Of a stretch of 64,000 bases of DNA, positions 1 to 13,192 are shown piece by piece. Position 1 is the first letter of the stretch, and every line of letters starts with the position of its first letter. Source of the DNA: the human T2T-CHM13v2.0 reference genome, Homo sapiens. Position numbers and translations under genes: made by a program. The notes under the pieces are model-generated. The model did no database searches and was not told the origin of the DNA. It saw only the letters and a list, made by a program, of their open reading frames with translations. The DNA lies in assembly GCF_009914755.1 (NCBI RefSeq), contig NC_060927.1; one strand, given 5' to 3'.

Positions 1-910
1 TTTCTCTTCTTGGCTCTTGTTTTTCTGGAAAAGAGGCTTTATTTTCTTCTCAGTTGACTGAATGGTTTGTCTCTATTTTGCCTTCTTGCTACTCTTGATG
101 CACACATGAGAGGACCTAAGATAATTTCTAACAGGCTGGGACTGCTGGGGAAAACAGAGGAGGCACCACAGACTCCATTTTGGGAAAAATCTGTTTTCCT
201 CATGAAACCCCAGGAATTCAAAATGGATAGATCCCTCTCAAAATCTAAGGATCTGTTCTGTTTTGCATTGTGTTATCTGACTTTTTTCCTTTTGGAGCGT
301 TATCAGAAATTCTCATTATGAGAAGGCTTTGGTGTGGAATAACTAGGTAGGAAATACACTTTTGGGGATAGCTAATGGCAGTTATCAGGGGATACTCAGC
401 TCTTTGATGTTTGGATTAGAGAAGCATGCTCTTGGCCACCTGGAAGTTATGGTAAAATGTCCTCACCCCCCACTGAGAGATAAGACTCCTATGGGAAATG
501 GGCTAGTTCCCTCTCTTTGGAGATCCAGGATCTGGTATAAAAATGAGACCCTTAATTTTTGTGGATCTATTTTCCTTTCCAGCCATGCCTGCTTACTAGG
601 TCCTAGAAACTGCATGTTTTCCTAGACCTGTTTCTTGAATGGTTCCACCCTGAAGCCAGTAATCCAATTAAGAAACTAAAAAACTGGCAAATGAAAAATC
701 CTACAACTACTAGATCTTCTTGTCTGTCTGCGTATTTATATGTGGTGTGTGTGTGATGTCTATGTATGAAAGAGATCTAATTAACTGGCTTAAAAATAAT
801 AAGCACTTAATTCAAATGTTTTGTCAGAAAAATAAAAACTGTAATGCTTTTTAGTTCACATGACTTTAGTAAGCTTTGGGAAATAAAGACAGTTTTCAAG
901 ATTATTGGTA

Positions 911-1205
<295 letters not shown>

Positions 1206-1320
1206 CAAAATAAAGATTAATAAAATTTAGATATTTGGTTTAAATTAGGTCAGAGATTAGATTTGCTAAATGCTTTAATGTCATAAACTGCTTCTTTGAC
1301 TTTTGAAAATTGGTTGACTT

Positions 1321-1922
1321 TATTGTGGAAGACAGTGTGGTGATTCATCAAGGATCTAGAACCAGAAATACCAGTCGACCCAGCAATCCCATTACTGGGT
1401 ATATACCCAAAAGATTATAAATCATTCTACTATAAAGACATATGCACACATATGCTTATTGCAGCACTATTTACAATAGCAAAGACTTGGAACCAACCCA
1501 AATGCCCATCAAGATAGACTAGATAAAAAAAATGTGCTACATATATACCATGGAATACCATGCAGCCATAAAAAAGGATGAGTTCATGCCCTTTGCAGGG
1601 ACATGGATAAAGCTGGAAACCATCATTCTCAGCAAACTAACACAGGAACAGAAAACCAAACACTGCATGTTCTCACTTACAAGTGGGAGTTGAACAATGA
1701 GATCACATGGATGCAGGGAGGGGAACATCATACATTGGGGCCTGTCAGGAGTGGGGGGCAAGGGGAGGGAGAGAATTAGGACAAATATCTAAAGCATGCG
1801 GGGCTTAAAACCTAGATGATGGGTTGATAGGTGCAGCAAACCACCATGGCACATGTGTACCTACGTAACAAACCTGCACGTTCTGCACATATATCCCAGA
1901 ACTTACAGAACAATCAAAAAAA
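1321..1922 (+). mobile_element. 5'-truncated L1PA (about PA7-PA8) 3' end
   Basis: L1 ORF2 end and 3'UTR (GGATCTAGAACCAGAAATACCA...AACCTGCACGTTCTGCAC), A tail, TSD aaaattg[g/a]ttgactt at 1306-1320 and 1921-1935. Confidence 0.92.
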
Positions 1923-2638
1923 AAATTGATTGACTTACCTGCCTTGGAGCCAGTAGATTCTAGGTAAGGCCTGGGGACATGTGGAGTTACCTATGCCCCC
2001 TGGCTATGCTGGAAAGAGTCAGACCTTATCTGCACTTCTGTCTGGTGTCCTAGGCTCCACACCTAGTACATAATTCTAATTGCTTGTTTACCAGGTTTTT
2101 CACCAAAAGTAAAAGTTGCTAAGAGTTAACAGTATAAAGTGTAAAGAAACAGTTTTACATGCAAGGCACGTGAGGAAAGTGAAATGTCCTTTTGGTAAAA
2201 GGTTATAAGAAGGCATGGGAATGTGGATTTTTCAACTAAAGGGTTAAAGGATTGTTTTAAGTTATGTTAGGATAAAGCTGAAGGTTTGAGCAAGTTGTGG
2301 AAGGTTTGTGAAAAATTAACCTTATAAAAGAAATTCTGTGTGTGAACATACTGGCTAAAGTTAAAGGGGTATTACTCAGTTTTTCTGTAAATTGGACATT
2401 GCAATAAAAGCACAATGTGGTTTTCTTAGAGCACTAATCTGCTCTTTTACAAAAATTGTAAAGGGTTATCAAAGGTTTATGAGGCTCTTACCTTATGGTC
2501 AGACATTAAAATTGGATAGATGTGTCTATGAATTTTCATTAAGACCTGGGTTTGATATCAGTAGTACACTAATGCAAGGGTGAAACTTGGCTTTCTCTCT
2601 TGAACAAGATTTTCATGTAATATTAAAAAAAATAATGA

Positions 2639-2941
2639 GGATGGTGCTGTGGCTCACACCTGTAATCCTAGCACTTTGTGAGGCTGAGGCAGGTGGATCA
2701 CGGGAGGTCAGGAGTTTGAGACCAGCCTGGCCAACATGGTGAAACCCTATCTCTACTAAAAATACAAAAATTAGCTGGGTGTAGTGGCATGTGCCTGTAA
2801 TCTCAAGGCTGAGGCAAGAGAATCACTTGAACACGGGAGGCAGACAGAGATTGCAGTGAGCCAAGATTGCACCACTGCACTCCAGCCTGGGCAACAGGGC
2901 AAGACTCCATCTCAAAAAAACAAAAGAAAGAAAGAAAGAAA
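2639..2941 (+). mobile_element. AluS with a small internal deletion
   Basis: Alu dimer with A-rich tail. Confidence 0.9.
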
Positions 2942-3391
2942 TTTTTGGGTTTTGTTTGACTTTTGAATAAGCTACAGGAAAAAGAAGGGAAAGACAAGAG
3001 ACAGATTGTTTGGAAAGCTAAATCTTCCCTCTATCAATGAGCAAAGCTTTCTGCCTTTAACAAAATTTTTGAGTTATCATTTTGACCAAGTGAATGACTT
3101 ATGGTAACCTGGGATTCTATTTTAAAATATCAAGTGCTTAAATCTTTGATATTTAATAAACTTTCCAAAATCATTTTCTAAATTATGTCTTTTTCTGATC
3201 TAATTAATCTTTTAGATATTAGGTCCCCTAAAGTCCAAAAGAGACATATTTGGCTTATTTGGTATAAAAATCACACAGGAAGCATTGTCAAATATGAAAT
3301 GGTATTTGACTTTCTTTGGGTTGTATTTGTATATGTTATTGGTATGTGTTCCAAAATTATTTGAAACTCCTATAATTCTTATATGACTTAG

Positions 3392-3778
<387 letters not shown>

Positions 3779-4136
3779 AATTGTGGCTTTAATAGTGGCT
3801 GTCCTAACTAAGACTTTTGGTCATTCACAGAAAATTGTTCTCTCGTTTTGATCCTCTACATAAGGTGGTTTATAGGACTTTGACGGGTATAGGACATTGA
3901 CAGGTGCTCTTGAATGCAGGTTTCTGATAACTTTGGAGACTGCAACATTAGAATATAGGAAAAAACTTTCAGGACTCTCATGAAGAGCTGAAATGTTCAT
4001 GAATATCAAGAACAGGAGTTAACTGCATGGACTAAGCTAATAGAAGACTGAAATAATCCTTTTATGACTTTTTGCTTAAAACTTTGCTGATCCTTTGTTT
4101 TGTTTTTCAGAACCAAGAAAACTTTTGAACTATTTA

Positions 4137-4140
<4 letters not shown>

Positions 4141-4168
<28 letters not shown>

Positions 4169-4431
4169 TGAGACGGAGTCTCGCTCTGTCGCCCAGGCTG
4201 GAGTGCAGTGGCGGGATCTCGGCTCACTGCATCCTCTGCCTCCTGGGTTCCAGTGATTCTCCTGCATCAGCCTCATGAGTATCTGGGATTACAGGTGCAT
4301 GCCACCACACTGGGCTAATTTTTGTATTTTTAGTAGAGATGGGGTTTCACCATGTTCGCCAGGCTGGTCTCCTAACCTCGTGACCCACCCACATCAGCCC
4401 CCCAAAGTGCTGGGATTACAGGCATGAGCCA
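4141..4431 (-). mobile_element. AluS, slightly 5'-truncated
   Basis: T29 followed by Alu reverse complement; TSD atttatagcttt. Confidence 0.93.
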
Positions 4432-5686
4432 TATTTATAGCTTTTAACATTTTAGTAAAGTATACTCCTATAAACAAAACTTGGATTATATTTCTCTCCA
4501 CTTGATTTCTCTAAAATTTGGAAACTAGTTGTGAGTATTCTTATCAATATAGTTATTTGCATAAGTGCAATAAGAATCTGTTTTCTCTTGTAACAAGACA
4601 CAATTGGAGACATTGATTATTTTACCTAGGCTTTGACTGGAATCGCCTGCTTTCCTTTAAGGAATCAAACCTGACTTATAGAACCAATAAAAGCCCTTTC
4701 GGAAAACTGGCCACATATCTCATCTACACAGTTCCTGTACAGGGTCCCTAATCTGTGGTAAGTAAAGAATGCCACTTCTGACAGGCCCAGGAGCCCCAAG
4801 TTATCTTGGGAGCTCAAGAGGAAAGGAATTTGACCAACTCATACAGGTATTTGATGGTTGTATGTGTAAACCCATGGCTGGCCTTGGCTTTAAAAAAGGT
4901 CTTATCTGAGATTCCTTATGAAACAAAGTTCCATCAAAACCAATTAAAAAGAGCCTATGTGACAAATAATTATTCTTGCTGCACTTTTTACAAATAATTA
5001 AGCCAGGTATAATAAGATCAAAGCTTATTTTGTAAACAAATCAGTCCTATCATGATTTGCTTTTAATAAAAATAAGAACTGGAGAGAGAAAAATTATGTC
5101 TCAAGAACCATGATACACCTGTTTATTAGATTCCGGTCTTATCAGTTGTTTTTGAGTTTTTTTCTGCAATTTAGACTCACCCTGCTTATTTCTGTGAACC
5201 AACTAGTGATTTCTGACTGCAGCTCAGAAGAAACAAGAGGGATAGGTAATGTAAAAATCTGAATCAATGTTATAATTCTGGGTACATGTTGGAATCAGCC
5301 AGAGACTTCATATCAGCCGGGTTCCAACAATTGCCCAGTTCATGGAAAGCCTTCTTATTTAGTTTACTTGGGATAGTTTGCTTATTTTGCTTTACTCTTG
5401 TGGAGTATATTGCTGTTGTACTCTTTGTGTAGGAATGCAGGATAAGCTTACTGTATGCTTGCTTAAATTGAACATTTTAATCTTCCAGATGTCACCTTTG
5501 GTCAGACTCAAGAGATACGAATGGCCCTTGCCATACCTACACTTTCTGACTGAGCTCCTGTCTACCCTGAATACAAGAGACCCTGATACTTAGGCAGAAA
5601 TATCATTGCCCCTATTCAGCCCAAAGAAATTACAGAAGATGGACCTTCGTCCCTCTGCAACCCTTGTAAAAGGGAGGAGGGACATA

Positions 5687-6302
5687 TGTCAGAGCCGTTT
5701 GAACCAGAGCAACTCCATCTTGAAAAGGGGCTGGGTAAAATAAGTCTGAGACCTACTGGGCTGCATTCCCAGAAGGTTAGGCATTCTTAGTCATGGAATG
5801 AGATAAGAGGTCATAAAGATACACAAGACACAGGTCATAAAGACCATGCTGATAAAACAGGATGCAGTAAAGAAGCTGGCTAAAACCCATCCAAACCAAG
5901 ATAGTAATGAAAGTGACCTCTGGTCATCCTCAGTGCTCATTATATGCTAATTATAATGCATTAGCATGCTAAAAGACACTCTCACCAGTGCCATGGCAAC
6001 ATCAGGAAGTTACTCTATATGGTCTAAAGTGGAAAGGAACCCTCAGTTCCAAGAAATCTTTGCTCATTTCCTGCAAAATTCATGAATAATTCACCTCTGT
6101 GTAGCATATAATCAAGAAATAACTGTAAGTATACTCAGTAGAGCAGCCCATGCGGTTGCTGTGTCTATGGAGTAGCCATTCTTTTATTCATTTACCTTCC
6201 TAATAAACTTGATTTCACTTTATAGACTTGCCCCCAATTTTTTTTTGCGTGAGGTTTAAGAACCCTCTCCTGGGATCTAGATCAGAACCCCTTTCCATAA
6301 CA
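5687..6302 (+). mobile_element. MER41B LTR (3' LTR of the MER41 provirus)
   Basis: TGTCAGAG.CGTTTGAACCAGAGCAACTCCATCTTG start, TAACA end, AATAAA ~6202, MER41B-type CATTATATGCTAATTATAATGCATTAGC block and GAS region. Confidence 0.88.
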
Positions 6303-6338
6303 GTCATGCCATTGACCCTGGGATTAGTAAAATCTACT

Positions 6339-6712
6339 TGTATTAGTCCATTTTCATACTGCTATAGAGAATTGCCTGAGACTGGGTAATTTATAAAGGA
6401 AAGAGGTTTAATTGACTCACAGTTCAGCGTGGTTGGAGAGGCATCAGAAAACTTATAATCATGGCAGAAGGCAAAGGGAAAGCAAGGCACCTTCTTAACA
6501 GGGCAGCAGGAAGAAGTGCCAAGCGAAGTGGGAAGAGCCCTTTATAAAACCATCAGATCTCATGAGAACTCAGTCACTATCATGAGAATAGCATGGGAGA
6601 AACTGCCCCCATGATCCAATTACCTCCACCTGGTCTCTCCTTTGACTTGTGGGGGTTATGAGGATTATAATTCAAATGAGATGTGGGTGAGGACACAAGC
6701 CTAACCATATCA
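6339..6712 (-). mobile_element. THE1D/MSTA-type MaLR solo LTR
   Basis: TGTATTAGTCC...AACCATATCA, 374 bp, perfect 5-bp TSD CTACT. Confidence 0.88.
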
Positions 6713-7233
6713 CTACTCTGGATTGTTTGCTGCCTCAGATTATCTAGACCTACAATGGGAGTCAAGAGTAACATAGAGGCCCTCAGGTGGGGGACCAACC
6801 CAGGAGGTGGAAGTACACAGCTGAGACACATAAACTTTTAGCTCTGGCACTTGAGGAAGGGCAACCTATGCAAAGGAACTGGCCTGTGGCAAGAATGACA
6901 TTGATTTTTAACTGCATGGACTTGTATGGGTATGACAATAAGAATAATTCAAAGAATTAATAATTCATGGCACTATCAGGAAATGAAGACCATTGACATT
7001 GAAAACTTATCTAATAGTTTTCATAAGATCTGTGCATATCACTGCATTTAGTTTTACCTCATAAAAGAGAATTATAAAGAAACCTTGAACTTTAGTTAAT
7101 GATATGAATGCAGACATGTTTAGGGATGAGATGCCCTAATGTCTGCAACTTCAAAATGCATTTGAAAAATAGATAGAGGGATAGATATGTGATAAACCAA
7201 CTTTAGCAAAATGTTATCAATTATAGAATCTAG

Positions 7234-7593
<360 letters not shown>

Positions 7594-7615
7594 TAAATGA
7601 TGCATGCTTATGAAT

Positions 7616-7934
7616 TGTTGTTGTTGTTTTTTAAAGACAGAGTCATGCTCTGTCGCCTAGGCTGGAATACAGTGGTGCCATCATAGCTTACTGCAGCCTT
7701 GACCTGGGCTCAAGTCATCTTCCTGCCTTAGCCTCCCAGTGGCTGCCTCTGTCTGTGGAGTAGCCATAGGGACTACATGTATGCACCACAATGCCAAACT
7801 AATTATTTATTTTTTTGGTAGAGATAGCTTCTCGCTATGTTGCCCATGCTGGTCTTGAAATCCTGGGCTCAAGGGATCCTCCTGCCTCAGCCTCCAGAGT
7901 AGCTGGGACTACAAGCATGTGCCACCATGCCTGG
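7616..7934 (-). mobile_element. AluJ carrying a short non-Alu insert
   Basis: AluJ diagnostics (tcatagcttactgcagccttgacc, gggctcaag). Confidence 0.88.
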
Positions 7935-7964
7935 TTTACGTTGATTTTAAAAACAGGCTAGGCT

Positions 7965-8885
<921 letters not shown>

Positions 8886-9028
8886 TTAATATAGGGTTCG
8901 AGAAGCCAGGAGAGTGGAGGTAATGACTAAAAAGTGCATGAGGGGGCTTTTGGGAGCACTGGTAATGTTCTGTGATCTGGTTGGTGGTTACACAGGTATG
9001 AAATTATCTTTGTGAAAAGTCAATGAGC

Positions 9029-9062
9029 TATATATATATATATATACTTACGGTATATATAC
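9029..9062. repeat. (TA)n microsatellite within an old L1M 3' fragment
   Basis: tatatatatatatata run. Confidence 0.8.
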
Positions 9063-9914
9063 ATTTCTGTATGCACCTTTTCTGACAAAAAAACTACAAA
9101 AATAGAATGCAAGATCTGTATATGTATGGATAGAGAATGATACTGAAGTATGTATGTCTTCAAATAATTTTAAAACAAACTGAATGATGAATGAATGCTG
9201 GCTAAATTCCTCTGCAGGCAAGATCCGGCCTCCTTGGCACCAGTTTGCATCTTGTTGCCCTCAACTACTACACAAGTAGGTTAATTCAGTGTGCCTCCAA
9301 TAAGCTCATCCATCTTTCTCTGTCTCGCTGTCCATCAAATGCCCAGGCCGAACGCCATCATTCTCAACTTCTTGTCCTTTCTTAACCCTGCTTAAATGCT
9401 CATATACCAAAAATGGTTGATTTTACTGTTTATCCAAACTTGACCCACTGCTTTCCACTTCTAACCTAGCCACAGGCACCTTTATTCTCCCAGAGCAATA
9501 ATATCCCCTTGTTGGAGTCTGAGTTGAGCCAATCTCACATTGTAATGGTCCCTATACCGATCACCATGGTCCCATTGAATAAAGGCAGCCTTACTATCCT
9601 TAACAAGTGTCATGAATAATTGTTTCTTTAGCACAGCAAACCTGTACCACCTCCATTAGAAACTTGCCCTCCTCCTGCAAACTCAGTGACAGGAGCAGCT
9701 TGGCCATGCCAGAAAAGTCTGCCATGCCGAGAGTACCCAAGCCAACCAAGATCCATCACCTCCTCAGTGAAAATCATCAACAGACAGTTTGCAACCTAAG
9801 ATTCTTTAAATCTCTTGCTTCAAATTCCTTACCAATTCTGGACAGTTGTATTGTTATCTTTATCCAATCCTAATAACGTCACCCACAATGAAAGGCCCAT
9901 CTTAAACAAAACTC

Positions 9915-10362
9915 CTGAAAAATGAAATTTATGGGAGGTCATTGATTTGGACTGAGCTCCTGTGATTGGCCCCAACAAACCACACCAAAATGGAGTCACT
10001 CATGCTAAAGTTCTGAAACTAAGTTGTTTATCTGATCTTCTAAAAGATCAGAAGAGATGATAGCCAAATTCCCAAATGGGCCAGTTTTAGACAGCATGAT
10101 AACGAGGCTCCTTCTGCTTTAACTCTTATAAAGAAAGTAACTTGAAGTGACCTGATGTTAACCAAACTGTTTTTGGATTATGCTGTTACCTTTGTCCTGC
10201 TTAAGCAACCTTATAAAAACTGACTGTTCTTCTATAACCAATGGAACACCTTTAAAAAAAAAATCTTCAGATGAGATGTTGAATTGCCAATTCAATGACT
10301 AAAAGATCTAAAACCCATTTAGATCTTTAATTTAAATTTTTTTGTAATTTTGTCTTTTGACA
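9915..10362 (+). mobile_element. MER34-family-like ERV1 LTR, within other decayed LTR pieces (~9540-10550)
   Basis: GGGAGGTCATTGATTTGGACTGAGCTCCTG...AAAATGGAGTCACTCATGCT, ends TTTGTCTTTTGACA; reverse-strand relative at 21780-22273. Confidence 0.6.
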
Positions 10363-10581
10363 GTCTCAATTCTAAGTCAATTTATATCTTGCCTTCCCAA
10401 GTGGGACCCTTGGGAAGGGACCCCTTCTGTGGAACCCAGAGCCACTGCCAAAGCTCTGTGGAGGGTCGTGTTCTCTCATCTTGAGGAGCAATAAATTCAG
10501 CTTTGTCTTTTCAGTTGGTTGAGTTAGTGATATTCAGGGATCTGCATTGACAAATAGAATCTAAGTATTACAAAAACAACC

Positions 10582-11043
10582 TGTCAGGCCTCTGAGCCCA
10601 AGCTAAGCCATCATATCCCCTGTGACCTGCACATATACATCCAGATGGCCTGAAGCAACTGAAGATCCACAAAAGAAGTAAAAATAGCCTTACTGATGAC
10701 ATTCCACCATTGTGATTTGTTTCTGCCCCACCCTAACTGATCAATGTACTTTGTAATCTCCCCCACCCTTAAGAAGGTTCTTGTAATCTCCCCAACCCTT
10801 AAGAAGTTTCTTTGTAATTCTCCCCACCCTTGAGAATGTACCTTGTGAGATCCACCCACTACCCACAAAACATTGCTCCTAACTCCACCGCCTATCCCGA
10901 AACGTATGAGAACTAATGATAATCCCACCACCCTTTGCTGACTCTCTTTTCAGACTCAGCCTGCCTGCACCCACATGAAATAAACAGTCTTGTTGCTCAC
11001 ACAAAGCCTGTTTAGTGGTCTCTTCACACAGATGCGTATGACA
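10582..11043 (+). mobile_element. HERV-H 5' LTR (LTR7B/C-like, type II repeats)
   Basis: TGTCAGGCCTCTGAGCCCAAGCTAAGCC...ATGACA; AATAAA at 10979; 30-bp U3 repeats. Confidence 0.95.
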
Positions 11044-11045
11044 TT

Positions 11046-11063
11046 TGGTGCTGAAGACCAGGG
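11046..11063 (+). promoter_or_regulatory. Primer-binding site of the HERV-H provirus (atypical, tRNA-Phe-like)
   Basis: TGGTGCTGAAGACCAGGG, 2 nt after the LTR terminal CA. Confidence 0.8.
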
Positions 11064-11183
11064 TCAGAGGGACTGCTTCAAGAGACCAGTTCCCTGTCCT
11101 CACCCTCACTCTGTGAAGAGATCCACCTACAACCTCCGGTCCTCAGACCAACCAGCCCAAGGAACATCTCACCAATTTCAAAT

Positions 11184-11192
11184 CAGGTAAGC
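11184..11192 (+). promoter_or_regulatory. HERV-H major splice donor
   Basis: CAG|GTAAGC at the position of the known HERV-H leader donor. Confidence 0.7.
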
Positions 11193-11578
11193 GGTCTTTT
11201 CACTCTCTTCTCCAGCCTCTCTCACTCCCTTCAATCTCTCTTTCCTTCCAATTCCAGTTGTTTTCCTCTCTAGTAGAGACAGAGGAGACACATTTTATCT
11301 GTGGACCCAAAACTCCGGCGCCAGTCACGGACTCGGGAAGACAGTCTTCCCTTGGTGTTTAATCACTGCGGGGACCCCTGCCTGATTATTCACCCACATT
11401 CCATTGGTGTCTGATCACCGCAGGGATGCCTGCCTTGGTCATTCACCCACATTCCCTTGGTGGCAAGTCAATTGCAGGGATGCCTGCTTTGGCTGCTCAC
11501 CCACATTGCAGCCCAGGGCTGCTCCCCACCCCCGTTCTCCGTGTCTCTACCCTTCTCTTTAATCTTGCCTCCTTCACT

Positions 11579-13192
11579 ATGGGCAACCTTCCACCCTCCA
11601 TTCCTCCTTCTTCTCCCTTAGCCTGTGTTCTCAAGAACCTAAAACCTCTTCAACTCTCGCCTGACCTAAAATCTAAGCATCTTATTTTCTTTTGCAACAC
11701 TGCTTGGCCCCAGTACAAACTTGACAATGGTTCTAAATGGCCAGAAAACGGCACTTTTGATTTCTCCATCCTACGAGACCTAGATCATTTTTGTCGAAAA
11801 ATGGGCAAATGGTCTGAGGTGCCTTACATCCAGGCATTTTTCACACTTCATTCTCTCCCTAGTCTCTGTTCCCAATGCAACTCATCCCAAAGCCTCCTTC
11901 TTTCCCTCCTGCCTGTCCCTTCAGTCCCAACCCCAAGTGTCACTGAGTCTTGTGAATCTTCCTTTTTTACTAACCCATCTGACCTCTCACCTCCTCCCCA
12001 GACTGCTCCTCCTCAGGTCACTCCCCGTCAGGCTGAATCAGGCTCCAACTCTTGTTCAGCCCCTGCTCCCCTACCCCATAACCCTTCTATTACCTCCCCT
12101 CCCCACACCCGGTCTGGTTTACAGTTTCATTCTGCAACTAGCTCTCCCCCACCTGCCCAACAATTTCCTCTTAGAGAGGTGGCTGGAGTTGAAGGCATAG
12201 TCAGGGTACATGTGCCTTTTTCTCTATCAGACCTTTCACAAATCAGCCAGTGTTTAGGCTCTTTCTCATCAGACCCCACTAAATATATACAGGAATTCCG
12301 ATATCTAACTCTGTCCTACAATTTAACTTAGAGTGACTTAAATGTCATCCTGACTTCTACCCTCTCCCCAGATGAACGGGAAAGAGTTTTTTTCTGTAGC
12401 CCAATCTCATGCTGATAACCACCAGCTTCATGAGCCAGACCTCCAGGAAGGCATTAGAGCAGTTCCCCGAGAAGATCCCCAATGGAACTACCAGGCAGAT
12501 TCCCCAGGTATAGCTAGGCGAGATTACATGGTTTCCTGCCTAGTTGAAGGGCTTTAAAAGGCAGCTTATAAGCTGTTAATTATGACAAACTTAAAGAAAC
12601 TACCCAAGGTAAAGACGAAAACCCAGCCCAGTTCATGGCCCGCTTAACAGCAACCCTTAGACGCTTTACCGCCCTAGACCCAGAGGGTCCAGAAGGCCGC
12701 CTTATTCTTAACATGCATTTTATCACCCAGTCAGCTCCTGACATTAGAAAAAAGCTTTAAAAATTGGAATCCGGCCCTCAAACCCCACAACAGGAATTAA
12801 TCAACCTCACCTTCAAGGTGTACAATAATAGAGAGGCGGTAGCCAGACAGCAATGCATTTCTGAGTTACAGCTACTTGCTTCCAATGTAAGATAACCCAC
12901 AACCACGGCTCCAGCATATAAGAACTTCAGAACATCAAAGCCATAGCTCCCAGGGGCTCCTTCAAAACATCCTCGTGGACCTTGCTTCAAATGCCAAAAG
13001 CCTGGCCACTGGGCCTCAGAATGCCCGCAGCCCAGGATTCTTCCTAAGACATGCCCTGTCTGTGTGGGTCCCCACTGGAGGTTGGACTCTCCGACTCACA
13101 TCGCCGCTGCTTCTAAAGCCTCTGGAGCCCAAACCCAGTGTTCCCTGGCTGACTCCTTCCCAGATCTCCTCAGCTTAGCAGCTGAAGACTGA
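11579..13192 (+). pseudogene. gag: HERV-H gag (premature stops and compensating frameshifts)
   Basis: MGNLPPSIP start with Gly2, WPQYKLDNGSKWP matrix motif, VHVPFSLSDL, CCHC knuckle CFKCQKPGHWASEC 12983-13024, natural TGA 13190-13192; first premature stop 12329-12331. Confidence 0.92.
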
